Source: Armatimonadota bacterium
GTDB lineage: Bacteria > Armatimonadota > Fimbriimonadia > Fimbriimonadales > GBS-DC
Direction of reading: 5' to 3'
NCBI GenBank assembly: GCA_037444405.1
Contig: JBBIML010000023.1
Span: forward strand, 1-42,368
Length of the DNA stretch: 42,368 nucleotides
Part shown: positions 32,005 through 41,130 of the stretch, piece by piece
Layout of the letters: every line of letters begins with the position of its first letter
How positions within the stretch are numbered: the stretch's first letter is position 1
The notes under the pieces: generated by a model
What the model saw: the letters and a program-made list of their open reading frames with translations, nothing else
What the model was told of the DNA's origin: nothing
Databases searched by the model: none
Program-made: the position numbers and the translations under genes

Positions 32005-33204
32005 ATGAAAAGTTTCCGGGCGGCGATCGAAGCGCTGGGACTGACTCCGCGTCGCACGCTGTTGAGCGGGATGGGCATGGCGGTCGGCGTGGCGGCGATT
32101 GTGATGCTCGTCTCGCTGGGCAAAGGCGTGGAGCGGGATGTGAAGCGTCAGGTGGAGGCGCTTGGCGTCAATCTGGTGATTGTGATACCGGGTCGCATCA
32201 GCCCCAGCAATCCGCTGAACCCGATGAGCTTTATTGGTCTCAGCACGCTGCGGGAGAGCGACCTGGCGGTGGTGCGGCAGGTGGCGGGCGGGCGGCGCGT
32301 GGCGCCCATCATGTTCGTGGCGGGCGGCGCGAATCGGGGCGACCGCTGGGCGGACGCCGCGCTGATGCTGGGTACCACGCCCGAATGGTTCCAGATGCGC
32401 CCGCATCGGCTCGCGCAGGGACGACTCTTCAGCGAAACGGAGCGTCAGGTACGGGTGTGCATCCTTGGACCCGAACCCGCTCGCCAGCTGTTTGGCGCAG
32501 AGAACCCCATCGGCAAAACGGTCTGGCTCAACGGCGTGCCGTTCAAAGTGATTGGCGTCACGGCGGAGGACACCACGCGCTCGCTGTTTGGCAGCGCGGG
32601 CTTCGAGTTCGCCATCTACGCGCCGATTGTGAGCCTTCAGCAGGCGATGCGCAGCCGCCAGATCCATCGCATTATCGCGCAGACTGAACCCGATGTGAAC
32701 CCGCGCCAGCTCGTGGAGGCGATTCGTGCCGCGATTCGGCGCAACCACGAGGGCAGTGAGGACTTCACCGTGCTGACGCAGGAAGACCTGTTGCAACGGA
32801 TTTTCAGTCTGTTGCGCATCATCTCGGTCGCGCTCACAGGCATCACTTCGATTGCGCTAGTGGTGGGCGGCATCGGTGTGATGAATGTGATGCTGATGAG
32901 CGTGACGGAGCGCGTGCGGGAGATTGGCATCCGCAAGGCGGTGGGGGCGTGCCGCCGCGACATCTTCGGGCAGTTTCTGCTGGAGGCGACGCTGATTGCG
33001 CTGGCGGGCGGCACGCTGGGCGTCGGTGTCGCGTGGCTCGCCTGCGCGCTTATCGACCGCTACACGGTGCTGACGCCGCTGGTGACGCCCGACACGATAG
33101 GGCTGGCGCTAACGGTGTGCGGGCTGGTGGGGCTGATTTTCGGCACCGTGCCCGCCTATCGCGCTGCCACGCGCGACCCTGTCGAAGCCCTGCGCCACGA
33201 ATAG
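32005..33204 (+). CDS. ABC transporter permease, MacB/FtsX family
   Basis: LSGMGMAVGVAAIV; SIALVVGGIGVMNVMLMSVTERVREIGIRKAVGA; PVEALRHE. Confidence 0.92.
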   Translation: MKSFRAAIEALGLTPRRTLLSGMGMAVGVAAIVMLVSLGKGVERDVKRQVEALGVNLVIVIPGRISPSNPLNPMSFIGLSTLRESDLAVVRQVAGGRRVAPIMFVAGGANRGDRWADAALMLGTTPEWFQMRPHRLAQGRLFSETERQVRVCILGPEPARQLFGAENPIGKTVWLNGVPFKVIGVTAEDTTRSLFGSAGFEFAIYAPIVSLQQAMRSRQIHRIIAQTEPDVNPRQLVEAIRAAIRRNHEGSEDFTVLTQEDLLQRIFSLLRIISVALTGITSIALVVGGIGVMNVMLMSVTERVREIGIRKAVGACRRDIFGQFLLEATLIALAGGTLGVGVAWLACALIDRYTVLTPLVTPDTIGLALTVCGLVGLIFGTVPAYRAATRDPVEALRHE

Positions 33205-33209
33205 CCGTA

Positions 33210-33326
33210 GTTCAGCGCGCGGGGACCGCGCCCCCACTACAGCCTGCATGGGTTCAGGGCGCGGGGACCGCGCCCCTACTACAGCCTGCATGGGTTCAGG
33301 GCGCGGGGACCGCGCCCCTACAGCCC
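33210..33326 (-). repeat. Tandem array (42-bp unit, ~2.8 copies) of GTAG-family REP palindromes
   Basis: Units start at 33210, 33252 and 33294; minus strand reads GTAG-GGGCGCGGTCCCCGCGCCC. Confidence 0.85.
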
Positions 33327-33740
33327 GCGCAGAATCATCTCGATGGACTCTTTGTGCTGGGTCTCTTCGGAGATGATTTGCTGGAGGTCGTTTGCCAGCC
33401 CGTAGTCGCCCAGCGCTTCGGCTTGCTGGAGGCGTTGCGTGTAGCGCTCGATGGTCGCGGTTTCGGCGGACAACACATTTTCGAGCATCTGGCGCAGGCT
33501 GCTGGCGGGCGGCACGGGCGCGGGTGTGGTGGTGGGCGTGCCACCTAACGCCGCGATTTTGCTCGCCAGAAACTGGGCATGGCGCAGCTCGTCGGGAACC
33601 TCGCGCAGGAAGAACTCCTTCATTTCCTCGCGATAGATGCCCGTGACGGTCGCCGCGTAGGTGATGTAGGTGATAATCGCCTGATACTCGTTCGCCAGGT
33701 CGGTATTCAGACCTTCGATCAGCGCCTCTTTCGTTGCCAT
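33318..33740 (-). CDS. Ferritin-like di-iron protein (bacterioferritin/Dps-like, 140 aa)
   Basis: EYQAI..Y, DELRHA, E...IERY, EETQH ferroxidase-type motifs; GGAGGTG RBS. Confidence 0.88.
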   Translation of the reverse strand: MATKEALIEGLNTDLANEYQAIITYITYAATVTGIYREEMKEFFLREVPDELRHAQFLASKIAALGGTPTTTPAPVPPASSLRQMLENVLSAETATIERYTQRLQQAEALGDYGLANDLQQIISEETQHKESIEMILRGL

Positions 33741-33784
33741 AATACACCTCCCGTGCGGGTAGTTTACCCGTTTCGGGTTGGCTG

Positions 33785-35779
33785 TTAGCGTCCGCGCCGT
33801 TTCAGTTCGGCGGCGACTTCCGCCAAGGCATAGGCACGCCATACTGGGGATGAGATGCTTCGCGCCTGGCGGGCAGCCTGTCGGAACCTGCCCTGTCGCG
33901 CCAGTCCGACAGCGTAGCCTGCCTCATAAATGGCGTGATAGCCTGCGCCCATCCAGCCCGCTTCCTGGCGGAGCCGCTCGGCTTCCTGAAACCGCTGCGC
34001 CTGTGCCGCCATCGCCGCCGCATAAATCAGATGCTCGCGGCGGTTCCAATCATTCCAGTCAGTGTCCTCGCGATATGCCAGTGCCGCCTCGCTTAGCTGG
34101 GGGTCATAGAACCGCTGGAGCAGCCCCTGCTCGGTAATCTCCTGCAGCGTATAGGTGATATCGAGTCGCGGATTGCTCCCGTCCAGTTGCTGCCAGTGGC
34201 GCACCAGCGATAAAATGGTCGGATAGTTCTTCAGGTCGCGCCGTCGCACCACATTGTACACAGCCAGGCTGAGCTGCGTGTCTATCTGCTCCAGCCATGT
34301 GTGCGTTGGGATGTATTGCGCCAGCACGAAGCCCCACGACCCGGGCGGGAGAAAGTAGTACCATGCCTCTGGCTCAGTGGTGATGAGCGTGGTGAGGGGC
34401 TGAATCAGATGGGCGGGCAGGCGCATGGGCGGCTGTTGCACCGATTCAAGCCACTGGCGCAGGTGCCGCTCATGGTCGGTCAGGATTGCCTGCAGGTGTG
34501 GTTGCGCCTTTGCGCACTGTCCTGCGCGCGCGTAGCGGAGGGCAAGTTCCATCCGCAGCGCTGGCTTTATCGAGGAGCGCTCTGGCATCGTTTGCAGCTG
34601 GCGTTCAATTTCATCTGCATCGCCTTTTCGGGCGAGGGTGAGCAACAGGAGCTGACTCACTTTTTGCCGGGTGGCTGCATCCGGGAGGGCGGGCAGGGTG
34701 CGCTCCAGCTCCCGCCTGCGCCCCGCCATCGCCAGCCCCAGCGCGAAGCCCGACCACAGATGCGTTTCGGCACACTCGTAGCGTTCCGTCGGCAGGCGCT
34801 GCAGCATCGAGCGGAGGGCATCGGCGGGCAGCAGCGTGGTCAGATGCAGAGCCGTTCGCATCAGCAGGTCATAGTCGATGGTGTCGGGGTGGCTGGTGCG
34901 CAGGTAGTGGCGCAGGGTGCGCTCGGCGAGGCGGAGCGCGTCGCCCGTTCGCCCGCTTCGCGCCAGCCGCTCCACTGGTCGGAGCCGTGCCATCCATTCC
35001 AGCGGCAGTGGCTTCCCCTGAAGGGCAACCGTATCGTCGTATCCTGTAAGCTCGCGCTTCTCATACTGCTGAATCCAGCGTTCAGCCGCCTGCCAGTCAC
35101 CCTTCTGCACAGCAAGCGCGGCAAGTTGCAACCATGGGATATGGCTGCTTTCCTTGATTGGCAGCGCTTTCAGCACGCGTCGGGCTGGCTCATATTGACC
35201 CGCCTGCGCCGCCCGATACAGGAACAGATACCGATAGGCATCTATAGACGAGTGCGCCTTCGCGTAGTGGGGCAGCATCAGCAGGGCGTCCGCTGCCTCC
35301 TCCAGCCGCCCTTCGGCAATAAGCGTCTGGGTCAGCCGCTGAAACAGATAGGCAGGAAGCAGCATGCTGGTATCCGCGATGGTGTCGTACTGGGAGCGTC
35401 GTGGTGAGCGGAGCCAAAGCTGATCCAGTTCACGGGCGAATTGCAATGCTTCGCTGAGCTGGTTCTGGTCCAGCAGGGCGTGTGCCATCTCCTGATACAG
35501 GAGCAGTTGCAGGTCCGAGGGCATGGTCTGGGTGAACCGCTGTGCCAGTTGCAGGTCGCCGGAATGCGCCGGCGCCCGCGCGAGGTGCGCTATCGCTGCC
35601 ACGCGGTGACTATCATGCTCGGCGGTAAGCGCCGCCGCTCGCGCCTCCCGCAGAAGCGCCGCCGAGTTCACAGGCAACAGCTCGGTATAGAGGCGTGGCA
35701 ACAGCCACAGTATCAGCACGCCAGCCCCAATACCTGCCAGCCATTTCCAGTTGTGTCGCATCCACTGCACAGGCGACAC
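33785..35779 (-). CDS. Membrane-anchored alpha-helical (TPR-like) hypothetical protein
   Basis: N-terminal TM; Ala/Leu-rich helical repeats (LARQGRFRQAARQA...RAYALAEVA). Confidence 0.7.
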   Translation of the reverse strand: MSPVQWMRHNWKWLAGIGAGVLILWLLPRLYTELLPVNSAALLREARAAALTAEHDSHRVAAIAHLARAPAHSGDLQLAQRFTQTMPSDLQLLLYQEMAHALLDQNQLSEALQFARELDQLWLRSPRRSQYDTIADTSMLLPAYLFQRLTQTLIAEGRLEEAADALLMLPHYAKAHSSIDAYRYLFLYRAAQAGQYEPARRVLKALPIKESSHIPWLQLAALAVQKGDWQAAERWIQQYEKRELTGYDDTVALQGKPLPLEWMARLRPVERLARSGRTGDALRLAERTLRHYLRTSHPDTIDYDLLMRTALHLTTLLPADALRSMLQRLPTERYECAETHLWSGFALGLAMAGRRRELERTLPALPDAATRQKVSQLLLLTLARKGDADEIERQLQTMPERSSIKPALRMELALRYARAGQCAKAQPHLQAILTDHERHLRQWLESVQQPPMRLPAHLIQPLTTLITTEPEAWYYFLPPGSWGFVLAQYIPTHTWLEQIDTQLSLAVYNVVRRRDLKNYPTILSLVRHWQQLDGSNPRLDITYTLQEITEQGLLQRFYDPQLSEAALAYREDTDWNDWNRREHLIYAAAMAAQAQRFQEAERLRQEAGWMGAGYHAIYEAGYAVGLARQGRFRQAARQARSISSPVWRAYALAEVAAELKRRGR

Positions 35780-35846
35780 CTTCCCTGAACACTTCCTGAC
35801 AGAAGTATACCCCTCTGGTTCGTTAGCGGGTACAATCTATGGAGAA

Positions 35847-36151
35847 ATGAAAAGCGCCCCTATTGAGGAACTGCGTGCGAAGGTACTGCCTCTGCTGAAG
35901 CCGTATGTGAAGCGGGTGGCGGTGTTCGGCTCGTACGCGCGCGGTGAGGCAACGCCTGAGAGCGACATCGACCTGCTGGTAACGCTGAAGCCCGCTTCCG
36001 AGCGCCCTCCCCTGGGACTGACCTGGTTTAGGCTATGGATGAGATTGAGCAACTTCTTGGGCGCAAGATGGATCTGGTCACCGACAGCGGTCTGAGTCCC
36101 TACATTCGCTCTCGCGTGGAGAGGGAGCAGGTAGTGCTATATGAAGAGTGA
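35847..36151 (+). pseudogene. MNT nucleotidyltransferase antitoxin (MntA-like), frameshifted near 36035-36040
   Basis: VFGSYARGEATPESDIDLLV; the family C-terminus DEIEQLLGRKMDLVTDSGLSPYIRSRVEREQVVLYEE* lies in another frame. Confidence 0.8.
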
Positions 36152-36224
36152 TGATACAGTCTATCTGCGCCATATCCTGGACGCTATCGAGCGTATAGAG
36201 CAAATCCTTCTTATTTTGTCATGA
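36141..36224 (+). pseudogene. Truncated HEPN/DUF86 toxin N-terminus
   Basis: MKSDDTVYLRHILDAIERIEQ overlaps the MNT stop and ends after 27 codons; no RxxxxH motif. Confidence 0.75.
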
Positions 36225-37583
36225 TTGGGTTCCCGACCCGGCAGGCGGCTGTTCGGCGGAGCGGTGATTAATCGGGGTGTTGGGGGCGGGCATCCAGCGC
36301 ACATAGAGGGTCAGCCCTTCCACGCGCTCCACCTGCACATATTCGCCCTCTTCGATGGGCGGATCAAGCGCGACGGCTCGCCAGAGCGCGCCGTCCACGA
36401 ACACCATGCCCTCAGGGTTGAGCCTGGCGCGCACGCGCCCGACCTGCCCAATCAATCGCTCCCAGCCGCTCTCCTTGCGACGGAACTGCGCCCGCACGCC
36501 CGAATAGCCAATCCACACGAACAGCGCTGCCGTCAGCGCCGTCATCGTGCCCACCAGCCACAGGCTCACCCGCAACACGGGCGAATCGGACTGGAACAGG
36601 ATCAGCGAGCCAATCGCGAAGGAGATAATCGCGCCCGCTGTGAGAACCCCGTGCGAGGGTGCGAACAGGTCGGCAATAAAGAGCGCGAATGCCAGCAGAA
36701 TCATCGCCACGCCCAGCGCGTTCAGTGGCAGCACCGACGCCGCATAGAGCGCCAGCAGCAGCGAGATGACGCCCACCACGCCCGGCAGCGTCGCGCCCGG
36801 ATTCTGCAGCTCGAACAGAATGCCGTACACGCCCAGCATCATCAGGATGTAGAACACATTCGGGTGTGCGAGGAAAGTGAGCAGGATTTCGCGCCAGGTT
36901 TTGGGCACCTCGCGCGTGGCGGCGTTTTTCGTCCGCAGGGTGATGACGGAACCGTTGACGAGCTTTACCTTACGCCCATCAATCTGGCGCAGTAAATCAC
37001 CCATATCGGTCGCGATGATGTCGATCACGCGGTTGCGTTTGGCGTCCTCTTCGGGGATGGAGGCGGCTTCGGTGACGGCTTTGACCACCCATTCCTCGTT
37101 GCGTCCGCGCTGGCGGGCGAGCGTGCGCGCGTAGGCGATGGTGTCATTCATCACCTTGCGCTTGAGGTCTTTGGGGATGTCCTCACCACTGCCAGAGACG
37201 GGCGTGGCGGCGCCGATGTTGGTGCCAGGTGCCATCGCGGCGATGTGGGATGCAATTGTGATGAACACGCCAGCGGAGCCTGCCCGTGCACCCGACGGGT
37301 ACACATAGACCACCGTCGGTACGGGGCTGTTGAGCAGCGCCATCGTGATGTCGCGCGTCGCCTGCAGCTCACCCCCGGGAGTATCTAACAGCACCACGAA
37401 CGCGGCTGCCCGATTCGCACGCGCCTCCTGCAGCGCCCGAATCAGGTAGTCCGCCGACGCACGATGCACAATCTCACGGAACTCGATGTAGTAGACAGTG
37501 GACTTCTTGCTGTCTGCCTGCGCACCGATGGTGAGCGCGGCAGCAAGCAGCACCCAAACGCCCCACAAACGCCAGCCTCGCAT
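36219..37583 (-). CDS. nfeD: NfeD family membrane-bound ClpP-like serine protease
   Basis: LDTPGG, GARAGSAG, AMAPGTNIGAATPV, TM bundle, C-terminal OB fold (PEGMVFVDGALWRA). Confidence 0.92.
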   Translation of the reverse strand: MRGWRLWGVWVLLAAALTIGAQADSKKSTVYYIEFREIVHRASADYLIRALQEARANRAAAFVVLLDTPGGELQATRDITMALLNSPVPTVVYVYPSGARAGSAGVFITIASHIAAMAPGTNIGAATPVSGSGEDIPKDLKRKVMNDTIAYARTLARQRGRNEEWVVKAVTEAASIPEEDAKRNRVIDIIATDMGDLLRQIDGRKVKLVNGSVITLRTKNAATREVPKTWREILLTFLAHPNVFYILMMLGVYGILFELQNPGATLPGVVGVISLLLALYAASVLPLNALGVAMILLAFALFIADLFAPSHGVLTAGAIISFAIGSLILFQSDSPVLRVSLWLVGTMTALTAALFVWIGYSGVRAQFRRKESGWERLIGQVGRVRARLNPEGMVFVDGALWRAVALDPPIEEGEYVQVERVEGLTLYVRWMPAPNTPINHRSAEQPPAGSGTQS

Positions 37584-37602
37584 CTTAAATCACCCACTAT
37601 GG

Positions 37603-37627
37603 AGTATACCTCATGGAGAGGTATACT
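37603..37627. promoter_or_regulatory. Symmetric divergent promoter or operator between nfeD and the M16 peptidase gene
   Basis: Perfect inverted repeat AGTATACCTC-N5-GAGGTATACT; each arm contains an outward-facing TATACT. Confidence 0.6.
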
Positions 37628-37635
37628 TTGGGGTT

Positions 37636-38880
37636 ATGAATCTGGTGTATGCGACGCTGGCGAACGGCGTTCGAATCGTGATGGAGCCTGTGCCGACGGT
37701 GCGCTCGGTCGCGCTCTGCTTCTGGGTCAAAAGCGGCTCCCGCTACGAAAAGCCCCATCAGCACGGGATAGCGCACTTTCTGGAGCATATGCTGTTCAAG
37801 GGCACGAAGAGCCGCACGGCGGTTCAAATCGCGCAGGCAATTGAAGGACGTGGCGGTATCCTGAACGCCTCCACGGGCAAAGAGCTGACCTGCTACTACG
37901 CGCGTGTGTTGAGCGAGCATCTGCCAATCGCGGTGGAGGTGCTGAGCGATCTGCTGCTGAACGCCACGCTGGATGCCGACGAGCTGGAGCGTGAGAAGCG
38001 CGTGGTGCTGGAAGAGATGCGCATGATTGAAGATTCACCCGACGAGGTGCTACACGACTTGTTCGCGGAGGTTCACTGGGCGGGTCATCCATTAGGCAGG
38101 CGCATTATCGGCTCGCCCGAAACGGTCAGCGCATTCACGCGCGACGGTTTGCTGGAGTTTATCCACACCTACTATCGCCCTGACCGTATGGTGATTTCGG
38201 CGGCGGGCAACTTCGACCCCGAATCGCTGGTCAACGAGGTGGAGCGCTGGCTGGGCGACTGGAAGGTGAACCCCGCGGAGTCGCTGACGGACGATTTTAA
38301 ACCGCCCCGACGAGTGCCTGAAGGCTATCATTTTCAAACCTTCCCGCGCGAGGTGGAGCAGGTGCATTTCTGTGTCGGTGTGGACGGTGTGTCGTTTCGG
38401 GACGAGCGCCGCTACGCGCTGGCGGTGCTGAACAGCCTGCTGGGCGATAGCATGTTCAGCCGTCTGTGGCAGGAGATTCGCGAGCGGCGCGGGCTGGCTT
38501 ACGAGATTGGCAGCTACTCGCTGCCCATGTCGGACGGTGGACTGTTCGTGATTTACGGCGGCACCGCCGAAGAGCAGTTCGAGCAGGTGATCGATCTGGT
38601 GAACGCGGAGCTGGATCGCCTGCGTCGTGAGCCGCCGGGTGAGGAGGAGACGATCAGCGCGCGCAACCAGCTCAAGGGCGCCCGCCTGCTGGCGCTGGAA
38701 GCGATGCAGACCCGCGCGGAACTCATCGGCAGCGAGGTGCTGATGCGCGGCGAGGTGGTGCCGATGGAGGAAGTGGTCGCCCGAATCGACGCCGTGCAGC
38801 CCGAACACCTGCACGAGCTGGCAAACGAGCTGTTCGATTTCGACCGCCGCACGGTGGTGGCGATTACGCCCGCTGAGTGA
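37636..38880 (+). CDS. M16 (pitrilysin/MPP-like) zinc metallopeptidase
   Basis: Inverzincin motif HFLEH; REKRVVLEE; SRLWQEIRERRGLAY. Confidence 0.92.
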   Translation: MNLVYATLANGVRIVMEPVPTVRSVALCFWVKSGSRYEKPHQHGIAHFLEHMLFKGTKSRTAVQIAQAIEGRGGILNASTGKELTCYYARVLSEHLPIAVEVLSDLLLNATLDADELEREKRVVLEEMRMIEDSPDEVLHDLFAEVHWAGHPLGRRIIGSPETVSAFTRDGLLEFIHTYYRPDRMVISAAGNFDPESLVNEVERWLGDWKVNPAESLTDDFKPPRRVPEGYHFQTFPREVEQVHFCVGVDGVSFRDERRYALAVLNSLLGDSMFSRLWQEIRERRGLAYEIGSYSLPMSDGGLFVIYGGTAEEQFEQVIDLVNAELDRLRREPPGEEETISARNQLKGARLLALEAMQTRAELIGSEVLMRGEVVPMEEVVARIDAVQPEHLHELANELFDFDRRTVVAITPAE

Positions 38881-38912
38881 ATCGGGTAAAATAGAATGCG
38901 GAGGCACAGGTT

Positions 38913-39113
38913 ATGTTCGGGAGCATCGGATTCGGTGAGTTGATGGTGCTGTTCGTGATTGCGCTGCTCATTTTCGGACCGCGCAAGCTGCCAGAAATCG
39001 CGCGCTCCGTCGGGCAGGCGATGCGCGAGTTCAAGCGCGCCGGCGAAGAGGTCACCCGCTCCTTCGAGGAGCCTATTGACGAGCTGCGCGACGATCTCAC
39101 CCGATACCGATAA
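38913..39113 (+). CDS. tatA: Twin-arginine translocase TatA/TatE family subunit
   Basis: [37 protein letters not shown]. Confidence 0.92.
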   Translation: MFGSIGFGELMVLFVIALLIFGPRKLPEIARSVGQAMREFKRAGEEVTRSFEEPIDELRDDLTRYR

Positions 39114-39140
39114 CCTGATTTTTTAGATAGGAGTCAGGAG

Positions 39141-39371
39141 ATGGAGATTATCAGGGAAGTGCTGACCTGGGTGGATATCGCCGTTATGGTGGCGTTTATT
39201 GGGCTGGTGGCGATGCAGACCTCGCGTGCGGAGGGCATCTTCTCGCCCGGCTCGGCGGAGGGCACTTATATTAAGGCGAAGCCCGGCTTTGAAGACGCAC
39301 TCTCACGCCTCACGCTCATTCTGGCAGTGACCTTCTTCGTGCTGACGGCGATTGTCACCTATATGCCGTAA
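39141..39371 (+). CDS. secG: Preprotein translocase subunit SecG
   Basis: Two TM segments, LVAMQ...EGIF loop, LSRLTLILAVTF; 76 aa. Confidence 0.75.
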   Translation: MEIIREVLTWVDIAVMVAFIGLVAMQTSRAEGIFSPGSAEGTYIKAKPGFEDALSRLTLILAVTFFVLTAIVTYMP

Positions 39372-39463
39372 ATCTTTGTGAACAGGCTCCGTTGCATTTT
39401 CTGGGCAGGTCGGATCGCCTTCGCGGGGTGACTCTATCAGGGTATACTTTCTATCGATCGGCG

Positions 39464-39703
39464 ATGGGCGCTTTGATTCGCGTTCGGACAAGTGTGTTAC
39501 CAGGCAACCGTGTGGAGATAATTGACCCGCATTTGCCTGAAGGGGCAACTGTGGAGGTGATTGTGCTGTTGCCTGATGCCAGCGAGCGCGTCAGCCTCTA
39601 TGAGTGGCTAAGTGCTGCCCCACCTGCGAACACCCCCAGCACTGTGGAAAGCTGGGAGAAGTATGAACAACTCCTTCAGCAGGAGCGTTCCGCGTGGGAC
39701 TAA
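39464..39703 (+). CDS. Putative antitoxin (AbrB-like N-terminus)
   Basis: VLPGNRVEI...LPEGATVEVIVL; C-terminal ERSAWD overlaps the PIN gene start. Confidence 0.7.
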   Translation: MGALIRVRTSVLPGNRVEIIDPHLPEGATVEVIVLLPDASERVSLYEWLSAAPPANTPSTVESWEKYEQLLQQERSAWD

Positions 39704-40125
39704 CTGGAAAGCTTTATCTGGATTCGAACATCATTGTGTATATTGTGGAGCGGCATCCGCGTTATTACGCAGTGTTGCTGCCCGTTTTGCAATCCGCCCG
39801 TGATGGACACGCGCAGCTATTCTCAAGCCAGTTCTCGCTGCTGGAATGTTTAGTGCTGCCGCTGCGCGGTGGGAATAGCGCCCTTGCTGCCGACTACCAT
39901 CGGATGTTGCTGAACTCAGATTTAACACTGGTACCAATCACGCTGGAAGTATTGCAAGTGGCAGCCACATTGCGGGCACAGCATGTTTCACTGCGGACGC
40001 CAGATGCCATTCACTGGGCAACCGCAAGGTTGTTGGGCGTGGATTCGATCCTGACAAACGATGCAAACTTTGCAAAGGTCGTTGGCTCAAATGGCATTTG
40101 GCTAGAAAGCCTGATAGGTGTGTGA
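39694..40125 (+). CDS. vapC: PIN-domain toxin (VapC family)
   Basis: YLDSNIIVY, LLECLV, LRTPDAIHWATA, LTND acidic residues. Confidence 0.88.
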   Translation: MGLTGKLYLDSNIIVYIVERHPRYYAVLLPVLQSARDGHAQLFSSQFSLLECLVLPLRGGNSALAADYHRMLLNSDLTLVPITLEVLQVAATLRAQHVSLRTPDAIHWATARLLGVDSILTNDANFAKVVGSNGIWLESLIGV

Positions 40126-40137
40126 GAGGGATTGAGG

Positions 40138-41130
40138 TTATGGGACTAAAACAGCCGCGCCGTGCAGTTTGCCTGCACGGAGTGCCTGCAACGCTTCGTT
40201 TGCCTGCTCCAGCGGGAACACCTGCGTGTGGGTCTCTATTCGAAACTGCCTGATTTTCTGGAGGAACTCCTCGCCGTCTCTGCGCGTGAGGTTAGCGACG
40301 GAGCGCAGCACGCGCTCTTCCCATAGCAGGCGATAGGGGAAGGAGGGGATGTCGCTCATATGGATTCCGCCGCACACGACGACTCCGCCTTTGGCGACGG
40401 CTCGCAGGGCACGCGGCACCAGCTCGCCCACCGGCGCGAAGATAATCGCGGCGTCCAGCGGCTCTGGCGGCATCTGGTCGGAGCCACCTGCCCACCACGC
40501 GCCCAGCTGCCGCGCGAAGTCCTGCGTGTCAAAATCGCCCGGTCGGGTAAAGGCGAACACGCGCTTGCCCTCGCGAGCGGCGATCTGAACCAGGATATGC
40601 GCCGCCGCGCCGAAGCCGTAGATGCCCAGCCGATTGCCCCGCATGCCCTCCCGTGCCAGGCGGTAGGAACGGTAGCCAATCAGCCCTGCGCACAGCAGCG
40701 GCGCGACCTCCACATCGTCGTAGTTGTCGGGCAGGGGGAACACATAATCGGCGCTGGCGACGGCATACTCGGCGTAGCCACCGTCGAGCGTGTAGCCGGT
40801 GAACTGCGCACGGTCGCACAGGTTCTCGCGCCCAGCGCGGCAGTAGAGGCACTCGCCGCAAGTGGCGCCCAGCCACGGGATGCCCACGCGCTGACCCACC
40901 GCTAAATGTTGCACAGCGGCGCCGAGCTGAACCACCTCGCCCACCACCTCGTGCCCCAGAATGAGCGGCAGTTTCGGGTTGGGCAGCTCGCCGTCGAACA
41001 CATGCAGGTCGGTTCGGCACACACCACACGCCCGCACGCGCACCAGCACCTGGTTCGGCGCGGGTTGTGGGATGGGCAGCTCGCGCAGCTGCAACGGCTG
41101 CCCTACCTGCTCCAGCACCATCGCTCTCAT
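40138..41130 (-). CDS. Zinc-dependent alcohol dehydrogenase family protein
   Basis: CGVCRTDLH, GHEVVG, CGECLYC..GRENLC, APLLCAG, GFGAAA. Confidence 0.93.
   Translation of the reverse strand: MRAMVLEQVGQPLQLRELPIPQPAPNQVLVRVRACGVCRTDLHVFDGELPNPKLPLILGHEVVGEVVQLGAAVQHLAVGQRVGIPWLGATCGECLYCRAGRENLCDRAQFTGYTLDGGYAEYAVASADYVFPLPDNYDDVEVAPLLCAGLIGYRSYRLAREGMRGNRLGIYGFGAAAHILVQIAAREGKRVFAFTRPGDFDTQDFARQLGAWWAGGSDQMPPEPLDAAIIFAPVGELVPRALRAVAKGGVVVCGGIHMSDIPSFPYRLLWEERVLRSVANLTRRDGEEFLQKIRQFRIETHTQVFPLEQANEALQALRAGKLHGAAVLVP

Noticed and set aside
33210..33326. Possible mini CRISPR array
   Set aside because: Inter-palindrome segments are identical rather than unique spacers, no cas genes are present, and the GTAG-palindrome fits a REP
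33318..33740. Heme-binding bacterioferritin or encapsulin cargo
   Set aside because: The heme-ligand Met position reads Leu (DELRHA); no targeting peptide or encapsulin gene is visible
39372..39463. tRNA after secG as an integration site
   Set aside because: No cloverleaf or T-loop GTTCGA motif visible
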